Source of the DNA: Tubiluchus corallicola
Taxonomy: Eukaryota > Animalia > Priapulida
DNA length: 64,000 nt
Assembly: GCA_030141605.1 (NCBI GenBank)
Contig: JAQGDQ010000159.1
Coordinates: 62,001-126,000, forward strand
Reading direction: 5' to 3'
The number at the start of each line of letters is the position of its first letter. The stretch's first letter is position 1. The notes beneath the pieces were generated by a model, which worked only from the letters and a program-made list of their open reading frames with translations, did no database searches and had not been told where the DNA came from. This document shows positions 52,001-64,000 of the stretch, piece after piece. The translations under genes were made by a program, and so were the position numbers.

Positions 52001-55000
52001 GGTTATCATAGTTTAAAGGATTTTCTTCTAGCCTTTAAAACTAGCCAAGTCTGTGTGGGTGTATCAAACTATGAACTAAAATTTAGTCTGTTTAAAGAAG
52101 TGGAAATGAGGCCGAGCTCAAAATAAAGAATCAACATTTTGCCATTTCCTTAAGTAACCTAATTTAAAAAAGAAAAAGCTCAATGAAAAACTAAAATTCT
52201 ATTTGTAAAATAATCCAAACCATTGCTATTTTAATTGTTTGTGTGCAGGTTACTGCAGGTAATCCTTTAACATCGAATATTGAACATTGATCTGGCTTAG
52301 TGATGTTCAGATGTTTGTACATCTTGCGTTAGTGAGAGAAACAGCGCGTGGCAGTATGGCAGATGAAACTGGCAAGAAGTGATAATTTTCGTGGCAGTCA
52401 GCATCCATTTACTAACCAGGTTCAATGTTGATTGACTTCAGTTGCTAAACACTTTGCAGTGACAACTGAGCTATTTCCCTATTAAAAATGACAACTTTTT
52501 AACAAACACATTTATGCTTTAGTTTTGTAGCTTTGTGCCTTGTGAATATCACTTCAAAATTTTTTAAATTATCCAAAAATGTTTGTGCAAGTTTCACTTA
52601 AAATAATGAAACTTGTTTGTTAAAAATTAAACATTTTTTAAGATATAGACTAGTGATCGCAACAATTAATTACATTTTGCATTATTTTTTTATCGTACTT
52701 AAGAGCTATCTGGAAATGGAATAAAGCAAATTACTAGTCTAATGATAGAAGTCCTTATACAGTTTTTTATTTTGCTTCTTGATGAAATTTTTTACTGTGC
52801 CACATTCCCTAACATAAAAACATAGTATGTCACATCTGTCTTGTCATTATTTACCTGTAAATTCTTAGTAAATGTACATGGAGCTCGTGGCTAGTAATAG
52901 ATGGATGTATCTTTCTAATGCAGTTTTAATTAATTTTATTTATAATTTTTACACATTCAGTGGGTAGCATTATATGTCAGCAAACCAGATGACTCGTATG
53001 AAGATCCCGAAGATATAGAAGCAATTAAAGAAGCAAAGGAAACCATTGGCCATTACAAGTTGAAGACTGCTGAAGACTATGTTGTCCCTGATCACCTGCG
53101 TATGAATACAGAAAAAAAGAAGCTTCAGTTGCTGGAGCTGCAAAAGCTAGTAAGTACCAAAAGGTCAACATTTTACAATGTTTTTCCAATGTTTGTCAAT
53201 CATTTGTATACAAGGACTTGCTTATGCAGTTTCTGTGGATATGAGCTTGCAGCTTGCATGGTTAGCCTTCAGTATGTCTTTAGTATGTTACTTTTGTTTG
53301 TTTAAGAAGGCTACTGCCAGGGATTTCTGAACTGAAATCATTTTACTTAATTTCAGACGTAGCTTTAGTCATTTTGTATCAACTCATCATATTAGTTGGT
53401 ATTAGCAATTTCTGGTGATCACAGTAATAATATCTTTAGACTTTTCACTTGAATTCTGTTGTTAGGACATTCATTATGGGTAAGTTAGATTGACTATCAA
53501 TTTAGCACAACAAGTTTCAAACTATGTAAGTTCAGTCACCAAGCTTCCTTATTTTACAGATAGGAGTTTCCATTGATTTAAATGACAGCACTGTAGGAAA
53601 CATTGTAGGCTTGCAATTAAAGTAAAAGAATGTATGTCGTTTAGCATGTTGGGTTTATTTTACTGCAGTTGCTTCAACTTGAATAAAATATGACAAAAAA
53701 ATTGACAAAACGTGTCTATAACGTGTGAAGTTAGATTATGTTTTGCCATATTAAGATTTTCAGCTAATTTCTTTGCTTTTGGTGCTTCATGGATTTTTGT
53801 AAGCACACATCACTTAAGTTAGTTCAAACTTTTGCAGCTAATTTTCACCCAGAAATAGCAATCCGTTCTTTGTAAAAACTAAAAACCTATTATATCTTTG
53901 ACTTTGCATTTATTTCAACCTGCTTTTCTTCAATTGGTCAATGATGTCATTGTCTGTAAAATGAACTTTCAAAATTAGTGCACCTAAGCGTCAACTAATT
54001 GCGCCTTTAAAGTGATATTATTAGTTACATAAGGTGCTTGCCATGCTTCTACTGCAGAATTTTTCTAATATTTTTCCCGCCAAACAATTTAATAAACATG
54101 AATTCCCAGAAGGCATGCCTTTTCCTTTAAAAGTTTTTAATATAGCACTTCTTTATTATCTATAAAACAATTTAGCACTGAGCAGCTTTTGATAGTGTGT
54201 GAATTTTTTTTAATGCAGATTTACAATGAGAAGTGCTATTTTAATCAGAAAGTTGAAGAATTAAGGAATAAGAAGGAAGTGCTACGAAACAAGCTTCTGA
54301 AGTTGGATGAACAGTTAAAGTTTGCTCAGAGCAAATTGTTGCCACAGAACATTAGACATGGACCAAGCGTGCTAAACTTTTTCAATGGAGATGAAAATAG
54401 GAAAGAGTGAGTTCATTATGTTTAATTTTTTCACATTTAGTATTATAGCTTATTGAAGTTAAAATACTTTTTTAGTGTTTAATTCAAGAGTCTGTATTTA
54501 ACGTTTTGTTTGTAAATTATTAAATATACCGTGAGTCCTCGCTTAACAACTCCCCGTTTAGATACATTTCGTTTTAATGATGCTAAGCATTTGACATCTT
54601 TTTCTCTCTTGTTTCATTTTAATGACGACTTTTTTTACTTTGCTCACAGCCATTTTTTATTTTAGCAACAACATTTCTATGTAATTTGAAGCATTAAAAC
54701 AGCACATATTGTGTTATTCTGTTCTTAAAATGCACTAGTAATGGAAAACAGTACAATTATTATTTGTTTTGCTTCCAGACTGACTAATAAGTCTTTGTAT
54801 AAAGCGAGGTATATTTACAATTTACAGTAACTATAATAAATATATAAATATATTTATATAAATATAAATATATAATATATATTTATTATATTTACAATGC
54901 CTCTATTCACCTGGATGCAAACTTTATGATAACGGAATTCTGCCTTCAATCAGGCAACCTGCTGTATCTAGACAAAATTTTCTCAAGGCCGCTCCTGGGG

Positions 55001-58000
55001 TTGCCTTTTACTATGCAGTGTTCAACTGCTAACTGCATAGCTAGGGCTTCAAAGCTAACAAAAAACCACTACCTAAGTATAGGTAAGATCAGTAGCTTCA
55101 AGCAAGCGGAAAGAAGTTAATCAGTGGGAATGTGAATAAAATGATAAAATATTTAATTTATATGAATTGTTTAGCATTGATTTTGCTCCTGAAACACATC
55201 TCAATTCTTTTACATTACCTTCTATGGAAGTCTTGATTTCATGTAATGATGTTTTGCTTAATGTCTCATTTTACTGGAACACATTAGCCTCGTTAAGCGA
55301 GAACTTGCTGTAGATATAATTTGGTTTGGCTTTATTCTAGTATAGTTATTTATTTGTCTGAGTGCTTGTTAGATGCTATTTCTGTATCTGTATCTTAGTT
55401 TCTGTATACATTAGCCATGTACAATTACAGCATGTCAGTTTCAGTTAACTGTGCAAAAGTTTCTATTTATTTTCAGTGCAGAGTCTTACACAACAAACGA
55501 TCTGTTGAAATTCAAAGCAGAGTTAGAAAGTGAAGCAGTCAAGGCAGCACAACCAACTTTATTTGGAGGCTTTGAAAAACCTAAGCCATCTGTAAGCTTG
55601 TCTTTGTTGACTCACTACAACTGATGTTTTGCATAATTTTGGCTTTCGCTATGGAAAGGCATGTGGTCTTCAGCAGTTAACCATGCCTTAGTGGAATTCT
55701 TAACTGAGTGAAAACATTGTAACTGGTGATCATTGCTTGTGTTTTCACACTTCAATTTCATTATAAAGTTGAATTTCTGTAGCTTTTACGATGTTTACAT
55801 AAAGATGCCCAGAGGTTTGGGTCAAGGCCAGCTCTACCACTAGGCAAACTAGGCAGTTGCCTCGGGTACCAAATTCTGGAAATTATTCTTCTAGTATAGT
55901 GCAAAACACTACTTTAATTTAATTTAATGTTTTTTTGTCAAAATATATTGATTGATGCTAGCACGGAGCTGTCTTCACTGTTTTCTACTTTAGCTTTACC
56001 CGCCTTCCTAAGATTACATCATTTTGTGCAGACATTACCGACATGTTGTCAAGTTCTTGTCCAGAGGTTATATTGTATGCATAGAGCAGCAGAGAAAGTA
56101 GCAACACATTCCGTGAATTAAAAAGTTTCTTGCTATAACATTTTTCTAATTATGGCGGATAGACCTATAAGTATCGAAGCCTTTCGGTGCATAATACAGG
56201 AAATGAAAAGTAAAATATTGACAGGCATTGAACAGCAAAAGATTTTAGTTAAGTGTTTGCAGCCAGACCAAAGTTAAATGGCTATGAATGTGATGGTACT
56301 AGTGAAATGGATATATGTGAAAAAGCGGAGTCAGACTCATCAGCAGAAATTGTAGAAATTTTTATTGCTCCTGAAGGCCAGGACATACATTGAGGTCAAT
56401 TTCAAATGTAACTGTAAATAGGTAATTAACTACAATTAGCTGGAACACCATAATACATGCACAAGCCTGACAAAGAGGTATCATTATATGCAACAAAAAT
56501 GCAACTTTTTAGGTGGGGTGCATGGGGACTGTAGGGAAGGGGTCGAGGAGGGGGCGCTAAAAATGCTTTTGCCTTGGGCGCCAAACTACCTAGAGTCGAC
56601 CTTGGTTTGGGTTTAATTGGTATGTTCGTAGGTAACAATTTTGGTTTCTCAATTAAATTGCAATGTTATGGCTACAAATGCATTGCTACGATCTACCAGT
56701 ACTGGTCTCAGACTTCATAAGGGTGTACGAATAATCATGAACCAAGATGTGGAAATCAGAAACACATGAATGTACATATCAGAATTTGGGTGTTATGATT
56801 AGTGCTTATCGGGAAAAATAAATTTTCAGGCTTCAGTACGAACAAGGACAGCATCATTGTTGACAGGTTTGCTTGCGTCACGAGCAACATTAGCAAGTGC
56901 ACTAGGCATCACTGATGAAGACTTGACACCTCTAGAAGATGCAATAACAACAATGGAAGAAAAAAGGTAATTTTTGTACATGGGTGGGCTTTTAATGCCT
57001 GTGCAATAATTATACCACACACAAGCTTTATGAAGCATAGTGTGTAAAGTGTTAATTAAATACAGCATTAAAAGAACAATCAAGTAACTGTTTTTACTCA
57101 GTAGGTTTGTATTATTATATTTCTTGACATGCTGAGAACGAAAAAACTGTTAGAAATCGGCTTTTTTAACTCCCGGCATCTACAACACTGTGAAAGCTAC
57201 TATCAGCACCTGCAAACTTTGCAACAAAGTTGTAGATACTGCTTTCCTAAATCTAGATTAGTATCCGCTTACTTTTTCAATTATGGATTTCGCTGCAGCT
57301 CACATTTTTATATTAGGCATTAAACTGAGCCGAGGAAGTGATTGACCAGAAACTATTATTTGTTTCATTTTTATATTGTGATTTCCTTTACTTTTGTTGT
57401 AACCATTTGTTTTTGCTTGTAAGTAAATTTAATGTAGTTTATACAAAATATCTTCCATCGGTATTTATTATTCATAATGCGATAATCTTTTTAAGTTACT
57501 TCACCCTTAAATAACTAAACTTCTCTTCAATAAATTTGAAAAGTGTTACTTCTGTTTGAACGTGCGTTTTTACATTAGGATATTTTTGATATTTTATTTT
57601 GTGAAATTTTTAAGACGATTTGTATTTTGCTAATACTAGCTTGCTTTATGGGCAAGATACAGTTCTGGAAACTATGAGTAAATTGAAGTTACCATGTTAT
57701 GCAAAATTTCAGAGATTATATCAATGTAAATTAATCCAGCATGTTTTTTAGTTCTTTTTAATTTGTTAATGACATTAATTTGATATAGCATTTGGGGTGG
57801 TATGAAATGAGTTGGAGTGTGTTATTGTTAGGTTGCTTTATGAGCAAGATGCAATTCTGGAAGCCATAGCAACACTTACGGGAAAATTTGATGCAGAATT
57901 GAAGTTGTTACTTGAGGAAAAGAGTCAACTTGAGATAATTCTGAAGAATGCTGACCTCAGGTATGAAGAATATGGTTCCCTCATTTCACTGTTCTGAAAA

Positions 58001-61000
58001 ATTAAAACTATATATTTATAGAAAAGGAGAGTCAACGACAAACATTATAAATATTGTGCAAACTGTAGCAGAAATATTTAAGTTATTAGAAATTACAGCG
58101 GTCTTTCAAATGACATGATGTATAAATTGCTTATGGAAAGGATTTGATTTCTTCATTTGTAATTAGATCAGACTTTTAAGCCAACACTGCTTTTTTCTGT
58201 TTTATATATTATGTTAACATTTGTCAACTTTGTTGACAGATTTGATTATTTTTTTCTGTAGTGCATTATAAATCAATGTTTCAGAGACATATCAACATAT
58301 GATTTAGATAAATGTTGGCACAAGGTCTTTATTTTTTTTACAATAACCTAGATATACCAGTTGACAGACATTGACTTTCAGCAAATTATTGTAAACAATG
58401 TGGAAATGATTTAATAGGATGTCTCAGGTATTTCACAAAACAGCCACTTTCGTCTCTGCATGTGTAGTAGATGTTCTCTATGCCATTGTGAGTTTAGTTG
58501 AAAGCATGAGACTGTAAGCTTCTAGTAAAACTATTGTGGAAAATTAACTCCTTTTTATCTACATAAACTTTGTGGAGTTCTGGAAAATATTAGAATACTA
58601 ATAATAAACATTTGAAATGTCTACATTTTGTGTAAACCATTATTCTACTGTAAAAACAACAGGTGTGAAATTCGTCAACTTTTGCACTTAGTAAACTTGT
58701 AAAGACCTCAGCATTTTATCATGTTTATGATATGATGAAATTGGAAGCTGTTTTACAATTTTATTTCTGCTTTAACTTGTTCAATAATCAAAACTTTTAA
58801 ATATGAATGAGTAAACACAGAACATTTTTTCAGTTTGCTTAACTTTGCTTTACATAGTAACTTAATTTTGTTACTTTAAAATATTATGTAGTTTTGTAGC
58901 TTGAGTGGGGTTTAATGAGATTAAACATTTTACTATGGTTTGCTTCATTTTTGGATAGACTTACAAAATACACTTTATTTAAAGTGTATAAATAATGATT
59001 TGAAACTACATAAATTCAACACCAAATTTCATAAGCATTCTGTCCCCAGAGAAACTCCCATCTTATGGTTGCAACTGTCTCATGACATGCTTAGTTGACA
59101 AAGGCTTAATGTGTATAAATGGTCTTCTAAAGCAAATTTTCTTTATATTTTAGATGTATGGTGTTGTATGAGGAGCTTGTACTGCTCAAAGATTTTGAGA
59201 AGCAAGAAAATATCCTTGCAGGGAAGGTCAATGCTAAATTAGATGAAAAAGAAGATATGCTTAATAAGGTGCAATATAGTCTGAATATTTGGGTGTAAAA
59301 CGTTTCAACTGCAGTATTTCATTTAGAGAGGCAGCCAGTTAGGAAGTCCATTGGTGCTATCATTTTCGTTATTCAGCCAATAATTATAATGAATGTTTTC
59401 TGCATTTTGCAAGTGGCTAATAATGTGGCTAGGCCTTTAGTGAAGTGTTTCCGTTTAGTCAGTTATTTCTCCATGCAGTCATCATGAAGCTTATTAAAAT
59501 CATATAAACTTGTTTAGTTTTTTATTGCGCAGATTGGGTTTGCATCTGGTTGTACTTTTAACAAAATGTAACAAATTCTGAAACAATTTCAACTAGGTAT
59601 TCGATCTTAAGCAGTTTAAACATTTGCTGCACAACTCTTAGGGTTTCATTAACGAAGAATTTTACAGACTATTTAACATTTTTTAGTATTTATTGTTTCT
59701 TTTGTTTAAACTGTGAGAAGCAGAACCAGTGGTTGTTTTTTCTTAGTGTGTTCATTTAAGAAGTGACAATTAAAATTGCGAAAGCATATTGTAATAAATG
59801 TCTTTTAGCTTCACTGCATGTTGATATAGTTTAAATTTTCAAGTATGATTAAATACTTTGCTTATCGATGAACAACAGTGCATGTAATCACATCATTTTA
59901 ATAGCCATTTTAAACATGGTGTATTCCTTTTAACAATGTTAAAAATGTTAAGAATAATAATTTACATGAGTTTTGATTTTAAATTGTTTGTCACCATAAT
60001 TATGATGATATAGTCAAAAACTTTTTTACTTATTTTTAATTGCTAATTTAACAGCTCAAATTTGAATTTTTAGATGAATGATTGCAGGAATAGATTAGAA
60101 ACAAAGAGGAATGAGATTGAGCAAATTAATGAAGCAGATAGAGAGCTACAGCAGCAGTTTGAAGAGCTGATTGGTGACAGCAACAAGTTTGCAGAATTTC
60201 TCACCAAACTATTTAAAAAGAAGATTAAAAGAACTAAGAAGAAGCAAGAGAAAGAAGAGGGTAAGAAGAACCATAACACTAATCTTTTATTTTTAGTTCT
60301 GTTATTGTTGTAGTGTGGTGCTCATTTATATTTCAACAATATGATTAACAACCAGCTTTGTTACTGGACTGTGTACCTGTAATAAATCTTGGCTGCATGT
60401 TTGTTGCTAATGGTTAATTCTCTGACCAAGGTCTGTCAGAAATTCTAGAAATGAGCCATACTGTTGCATGTGAAATTATTAGAGTAAAAACAGTGTAAAT
60501 AGAGGTCATTGACACTCACACAATTTTGCTGGTTAGTTATTCACTAGTTGTTCCTAGTTGAGGAACAATAGTGAAGATCTAGGATGTAACACTGTTGGCT
60601 CAAATTGAATAAAAATAATTACTTGATACTTTCTAATAAGATGTTCGAAAAAAATTTCTGCATGTGTGTGTGTCTATATAGAACACAGGATACGTGACAT
60701 TTGGGCCCTTGACACTTGGGCACGGGAACACTTTGACGTGAGACATTTGGGTGCCAATAAAACTTAATGTTGTACCTTATTTTTTATTTTTGTTACATTT
60801 TTATTACATTTTATTACATTTTTAATGACTCTCACAATATTTTTTAAGATTGCTTCACTAAATTAATCATCTGCAGTAATATAAAAAATCAAATTTTTAA
60901 AACCAGTCAAATGACTGTGTGGTTTTTCTACTTTTAGCATTATTTGCAGCTTTCAGAAATGAACGAAACAGAAGAAGCATCACAAGTTTAGATTAGCATT

Positions 61001-63830
61001 TTATTTTGAAAAATATGTTGTGCATCACTAGTTGAAATACGAATCACAAATAAATTAAATTAAATAAATCATCAAAAGTTAGTGTCAATATAGTAGTAAT
61101 ATTGTCACAGTACTATATTCATTGATTATTTTGTATGCTCAATTAAGCTGATGTAGAGTGCATTTTTCGTTGTTTATGCTAGCTTCCAACTTGAAAACCA
61201 CAAGAGCTTTTAAAGAGGCTAATTAATGATTATAATGAACCTATTACACAATTATCAATATCAAGATCGAGAATAATGTGGGCTTTAGTTTCACTACTAT
61301 CTTCACTTTTAACTACACGATTGTATTCAAGAAAAAAATATTTCTTTTCTCACAGAAATTTTAGACATTTTAAAAGTTATGTAGTATTGCATAGTGATTT
61401 TCCATAATTTTGGGCTACTAGGCAGCATGATTTATAACGCAACACAGCAATAATGTATTCTTGCATGATAAAGCCACCTTACATGCAAAAGATGTGTTGG
61501 CAGTAGCGCCCAACTGAGCCAGCATCCAAATGTCTGGCACTCAACAACTGTGCTCAATTTTCCCTCACCCTAATGGCCTGTCCTCATTTATTCATAGTGA
61601 GCATTTCCGTTTTGCAGGATCAGAAGAAGATAGTGAGGAGGAAAGTGATGAGTCTTCGGACTGGACAGATTCAGAAGAGGAGTCAGATTCAGAAGGCGCT
61701 TTAGATCTGACCATTTGTCCATCAGGATGTATTTCAGAGCAGTACGGAAAAGTTTCAGAGATGCGAGAAAAGAGGTTAAAAAGATTAGTCATATTGCTCA
61801 TTAGAAGTTCGCAATTTTAGACATATTCTAACGTTACTTACTTTAAGGTTGATGTACATTGTATAAGTTTTTTATCCATGTTTTGATTTTTTTATAAGTT
61901 TAAATGAATTTTAATGTAGGCCTTTTTTTGTGTAATCTGAATCTTGTATATGACTTTTGCACATAATTTTGTTCAAAATGTAATGGTAGACATCTGTCAG
62001 TAGACGTCTAGGGCATACTGCAGTAAATTGAAAGTCACTAACTTGTTAAACTCTCCCTAAATTGAATTATTCAGTATAGTATATGTGCTTTGGACTGTTG
62101 GCTTGCATAGGACACGTTGACATACTATAAAATAAGATTGTGCATATTGGATATAGTGATGGCTGGTAGACAATGTTTAGTAAAGGACTGTGCTATTAGT
62201 TAAATTGTCAATTATTCAAGTTTGTACTCATTGACTCTAAACTGTATAGGTATAATTACAGCTTGGTATTTAGACTGCTTTAGTTTATGGTATAATGTAG
62301 GATTTTAATAACAGAAGCCTATTTATTTAAGTGAAAAAGTTAATGTTAGTTTAGCCCAGATGGCTTCAGAACTTAGCTTAGTCTACCTCACATTCAAATT
62401 TTAACAATTTACATCTGTCTAGTTAAACTATTTTCTGGAATGATTTAGAATGGACATTGAAGAACAACTTGCAGAAGAGAAGAAGAACTTAGAAGCTATA
62501 AAGAAAGAACAAGAAACATTACTAAAGAAACAAAGGAACATAGAAACAACTTTGAACCAAGCTGAAGTTGAACTAGAAGCTTTTCAGGTATCGCCATTGT
62601 CCAAATTGTTTTCATAAACTTTTAACTTCCATGCAAAATGCTATAACGTTTGGCCATGTGTTTGGGTATTCATTTTGAAATTATGAATGGTAAAGCTTTC
62701 TATTAAATCACAAAAAATATTTATACGTTATTAACTTTTCTTTAAATTTTCTACTGTTTTGTAACATATCTGCACAGATGAATCTTTGTCATGTTTACAT
62801 TTTTTGGCATAACTTGAAAGTAAACTTAAAAAAGGGAAATTTTAATAAAACACATACGAAAACCGGCACTCTTTGGATGTGCATAATAATGACTACTTTT
62901 AACTGTGGTTAAATTCTTTTGAATATACACAAACTAAAGCACATGTTATGTATGCTAATACTAACAGTGAATGCTACTTGCATTTGGGGGGGGGGGGGCT
63001 GACATTTGTATGTGTTCATATACTTGTTGGTTTAGTTTGAGAAGCAGCAGAGACTGAATGAACTTGACGTTGTGGTTACCCTAAAATTAGAACAGATTCA
63101 ACATGTTGTCCATGGTGCTCTGCCTGATGATTTGACTCCATGTATCGTGATTGGTAGTCCTATGCTGAAGCGCTTGCAACAACGCATTATAGAACTGCAG
63201 TATGAAAAAGCTGAGGAACGAATTAAATACAGGTTTGCAAATAATTTTTCAAGGAAATTGGTGACTGTAAATAGTTATTGGATTATTGGCCATTATAGGA
63301 ATTCAACCAGTCATTGATTGCAAAGTATGTTGTTGCATGTTATTGTAACTTGTATTTTGTTGCTCTTAAGCCTCTCTTAAGACACTCTTAAGCCTTATTT
63401 GTATTCCTTATGCAAGTATTTTGGCATTCAGCTTGAAAAATTATTGTATTTGGGAAAGCAAATATACCCTAATAAACACTCTTGCTAACACAGTCAAACA
63501 CTGGTGTATATTTTACATACTAGTTGTTACGCATGACAAAAAGTTGTAAATGTTAAACAAAGACATGTATATTGTGAATCAGTGGTGATCTGTTTTGCTA
63601 CTAGGGAGTTGAGAAAACGTCACATCAAATTAATGAAGGATCGCCGTCAAATGGCTGGACAGATCAGTGAACTGGACGAGAAGTGTAATGAGATAATGAT
63701 GTTGAAGTTTGGTCGCATTGTCGACTTCAATCAGCTGGAATCAGTTGGTATAAATGTGTACGTGTTGGAGTTGAAGGAGAAATTAAGAGCAAAAGAAATT
63801 ACAAATGCTGCACAGTTGAAGAAATACGAG
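29494..63830 (+). CDS. CFAP44: Cilia- and flagella-associated protein 44 (WDR52), WD40 repeats plus coiled coil; 34 coding exons in the window, 3' end beyond it
   Basis: In-frame exons 29494-29599, 29974-30442, 30711-30873, 31417-31556, 35631-35810, 35923-36037, 36758-36922, 37963-38121, 38429-38576, 38901-38995, 39658-39840, 40435-40548, 40750-40893, 41900-42005, 42593-42732, 43777-43925, 44982-45064, 46823-47013, 48001-48047, 48572-48734, 49231-49361, 49930-50138, 51305-51465, 52961-53149, 54219-54405, 55477-55591, 56830-56966, 57832-57960, 59154-59268, 60074-60260, 61618-61774, 62449-62587, 63036-63232, 63605-63830. Signature peptides [95 protein letters not shown] and [10 protein letters not shown]. 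Confidence 0.95.
30443..30710 (+). other. U12-type (minor spliceosome) GT-AG intron in CFAP44
   Basis: 5' site GTATCCTTT at 30443; branch CCCTTAAT at 30692-30699, about 12 nt before the AG at 30709-30710; no polypyrimidine tract. Splicing restores LTLH-HSFGYDC. Confidence 0.85.
31027..31083. repeat. Compound (CA)n/(CACG)n microsatellite
   Basis: ACACGCATATGCACGCACACACATGCACGCACGCACGCACGCACACACACACACA. Confidence 0.9.
39022..39103. repeat. Three-copy minisatellite of about 28 bp
   Basis: TAC(A/G)CAGAACTTGTA(C/T)ATGAATTAT repeated three times. Confidence 0.88.
41387..41447. mobile_element. 61-bp hAT-type mini-element consisting almost only of terminal inverted repeats
   Basis: TAGGCCTGTAATGATAC...TATATCGTTACAGCCCTA inverted ends; flanks GTAACAAG and GTAAGTAG match at 6 of 8 positions, as a degenerate 8-bp target duplication would. 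Confidence 0.6.
45234..46118. mobile_element. Tc1/mariner-pogo-type MITE
   Basis: TA-CAGTAGGCGCTGTTTATTAGA on the left and TCTATTAAGTGGCGCCTACTA-TA on the right: inverted termini with TA flanks. Confidence 0.7.
46152..46317. repeat. Fold-back inverted repeat with arms of about 65 bp (MITE-like hairpin)
   Basis: ACCTGATGCCTAACTTAAACAA..TAAGAAATCATAGTATGGATTCTCTTA pairs with TAAGAGAACCCATACAATGATTTCTTA..TTGTTTATGTTAGGCATCAGGT. Confidence 0.85.
51479..51958. mobile_element. hAT-type non-autonomous element with many GGAACT/GAACTA subterminal motifs
   Basis: Ends CAGTATGGTAAAGG and CTTTTACAACCCTG; flanks ACAACTGT and AGAAATGT (6/8 match). Confidence 0.6.
53975..54126. mobile_element. Right end of the same TTAA-targeting element family as 9425-9976
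   Basis: TTTAAAGTGATATTATTAGTTACATAAGGTGCTT...CAGAAGGCATGCCTTTTCCT-TTAA aligns by eye with 9860-9980. Confidence 0.55.
54529..55310. mobile_element. pogo/Tigger-type MITE
   Basis: TA-CCGTGAGTCCTCGCTTAAC on the left and GTTAAGCGAGAACTTGCTG-TA on the right. Confidence 0.65.
55823..56604. mobile_element. hAT-type MITE with a perfect 8-bp target-site duplication
   Basis: Inverted termini CAAGGCCAGCTCTA and TAGAGTCGACCTTG, flanked by GTTTGGGT at 55815-55822 and 56605-56612. Confidence 0.85.
60689..61570. mobile_element. Non-autonomous DNA element with repeated ACATTTGGG / CCCAAATGT subterminal motifs
   Basis: Left GGATACGTGACATTTGGGCCCTTGACACTTGGGC..GACATTTGGG; right GCCCAACTG..CCAAATGTC..GCTCAATTTTCCCTCACCC. 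A similar right end lies at about 20430-20498. No clear target duplication. Confidence 0.55.
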
Positions 63831-64000
63831 GTAAATTAGTTGTTTTTATATTTTTTGCATCTTACTGCATATGAAATTACACTTCCTAAAGCAAATGTTG
63901 TTATTTTTATTACTTATGTGCTTTATTGCTCAAAGTTGATCCACACAGCCTATCGTCTATTGTTTAGCACTATGCTTGCTTAAACACTCTATGCCCTATG

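Overview
AT-rich eukaryotic DNA, probably from an invertebrate animal (taxon cannot be determined from the sequence), with five spliced protein-coding genes that I assembled by hand from splice signals and family motifs. In order: the 3' end of FBXL6 (+, to 2931); a CFAP119/C1a-32-family ciliary gene (-, 4315-5798) head-to-head with SRSF1 (+, 6101-11367); mitochondrial pseudouridine synthase RPUSD4 (-, 15677-26301) with a long N-terminal extension; and CFAP44/WDR52 (+, from 29494, 34 coding exons, running off the window). Introns hold CR1-type LINE remnants, a hAT transposase remnant and several MITEs. The main unexplained signal lies between the SRSF1 stop and the RPUSD4 3' end: two related, non-coding, splice-site-flanked segments (14077-14199 and 14541-14976) are packed with GGA/GGAT on the SRSF1 sense strand only. 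I read them as candidate SRSF1-sensing 3'UTR exons of an autoregulatory splicing/polyadenylation/NMD switch. Also notable are three tandem AKAP-type helices in the CFAP44 N-terminus, a U12-type intron next to a GC-AG intron in CFAP44, and a thrice-repeated L-x-[YF]-[IV]-D-x-x-Y-F motif in the RPUSD4 extension. Gene names rest on remembered family motifs; no database search was run.
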